A stretch of DNA of 64,000 nucleotides. Origin: Heterodontus francisci (lineage: Eukaryota). Under the pieces are notes generated by a model. It was not told the DNA's origin. It saw only the letters and a list, made by a program, of their open reading frames with translations, and ran no database searches. Both the position numbers and the translations under genes were made by a program. Below, piece after piece: positions 62,701 through 64,000 of the stretch (its first letter is position 1; every line of letters starts with the position of its first letter). The DNA is taken from the NCBI RefSeq assembly GCF_036365525.1, contig NC_090382.1:111076372-111140371 (forward strand), written 5' to 3'.

Positions 62701-63909
62701 CCTACGAGATCTTCAGCTGTGCCCTTTCTCTGTGTTACGAACAAGCCTTTCCTCCAGGATGCTGCTTCCTCGGTTTCTCTGCTTACTAGTACTCGTTGAC
62801 TCTCACAGTGCAGACCACTCTAGCCGATGCAGTAAAGTATACATAGTTCCTGTCTCAGATCCAACGTTTGTTAAGGAAATACATGTTATTCACCTGAAAG
62901 GAAAGTTTTAGCATTTAATATCAAGGTCAAACTGGTATTTAGTATGCATTGTGCATAAGGGTCAGATTTACATCGGAAAGAACAGATTGTAAAATAGGTA
63001 ATAAAACTTGCAGGATACGTCTTCCAGGACTGCAGTTTGTCATGCCCCTGACACGAACATTACTCACGACCTGCTGACCTCTTCCACGACTGGGAACTGG
63101 AAGTGAAGGATTCTCTGCTTTCTGCTATTAACTCCTCCCCCTCACTATTATTGCTCGTAAGATTGACCTTCAACAAAGGAGGAAGCGTGCTTGTGATAAC
63201 TGGTGCGATGCTTTGAGGATACGGATACCGTGATAGAATAATGGTGCTGGTGCATGAAGGCTGGCCGAGATGTGACGTGTAAGGAGGGAAGAGGTGCAAG
63301 ATTGAGCACTGGGAACATAGGACGGTGTAGTGAAGTTTTCTGCAGTAAAGAGAAGAGCGTGCTGGCAATCGGGGAACGGAACAGTTATCAGTGATGGGTT
63401 ATGCAGAGCATGATGTAATATAGGAATTATCAGTCTTATGCTGCAGAGCAGATTGTCTGGATGACTTCCTGCACTTTTTGGAAAAGGGATCTCCCTCTTC
63501 CTGCCGACCTCCTTCACGAAGACTTCCAATATATGATCTAAATAATCGGAAGCCTCTGAAGCTTCGACTTATCCTGCCATATTCAGAAGTTGCCTCTGGT
63601 TACCTGCAACTCGCCCGGAGGAGATGTTGGCTGCCATAAATTGGTTCTCGGTGGTAATTTAAACCACCATTGAGAAATCCGTTTTACACTCTGTCCCGTT
63701 TTCGTGCCCCCTAACCTGTACCTAATCCTGAAATGATGGAGAATTATAAGATCCCATGATAGTAATAAAATTGTAGAGATTTTCTTCGTTTTGTCTCACA
63801 TTCATCACTCAGATAATGCTACCGAAGATAAGTTAACCAGTGCTGATTTCATTTGCTACTTGAAGAGAGATAGAGCTTGCAAGCAAGAATTGGTTGTCGT
63901 TACCTGCTT

Positions 63910-64000
63910 ATATTGATGGATGGAGCATTTCTGACGTCCTGCCCCATGATGTTCGTTTTCTTGAGGCTGATGGTTAGGCCAAATTCATTGCAGGCAGACG
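63910..64000 (-). mobile_element. RTE RT fragment, cut by window end
   Basis: Reverse complement matches 13404-13494. Confidence 0.9.

Overview
Eukaryotic, repeat-dense vertebrate DNA, most likely from a cartilaginous fish (shark). That assignment is inferred from an HE1-type V-SINE, SacSINE1-like DeuSINEs and HER1-like CR1 LINEs. The window is part of a clustered protocadherin (Pcdh) locus with three tandem + strand paralogues. Two are intact single-exon variable-type ORFs (2580-4964, 27796-30201). The third is a pseudogene (48336-51234) broken by frameshifts, two nonsense codons and two retroelement insertions. Each paralogue has a recognisable Pcdh promoter CSE (CGCT box) between two inverted CCAAT boxes, and the pseudogene has a 2-bp deletion in the CGCT core. 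The ~20 kb spacers are filled with nested CR1, RTE, L2, Daphne/Crack-like and Penelope elements, two solo LTRs, SINEs and a hAT MITE. Most notable signals: minimal hammerhead-ribozyme motifs in the Penelope termini, a circularly permuted-looking Penelope derivative, splice donors about 40 nt past the Pcdh stop codons, a 232-bp palindrome, a reverse-oriented CTCF-like site, and a ~54-bp target duplication at an RTE. All calls are by eye with no database searches. Boundaries of old repeats are approximate.
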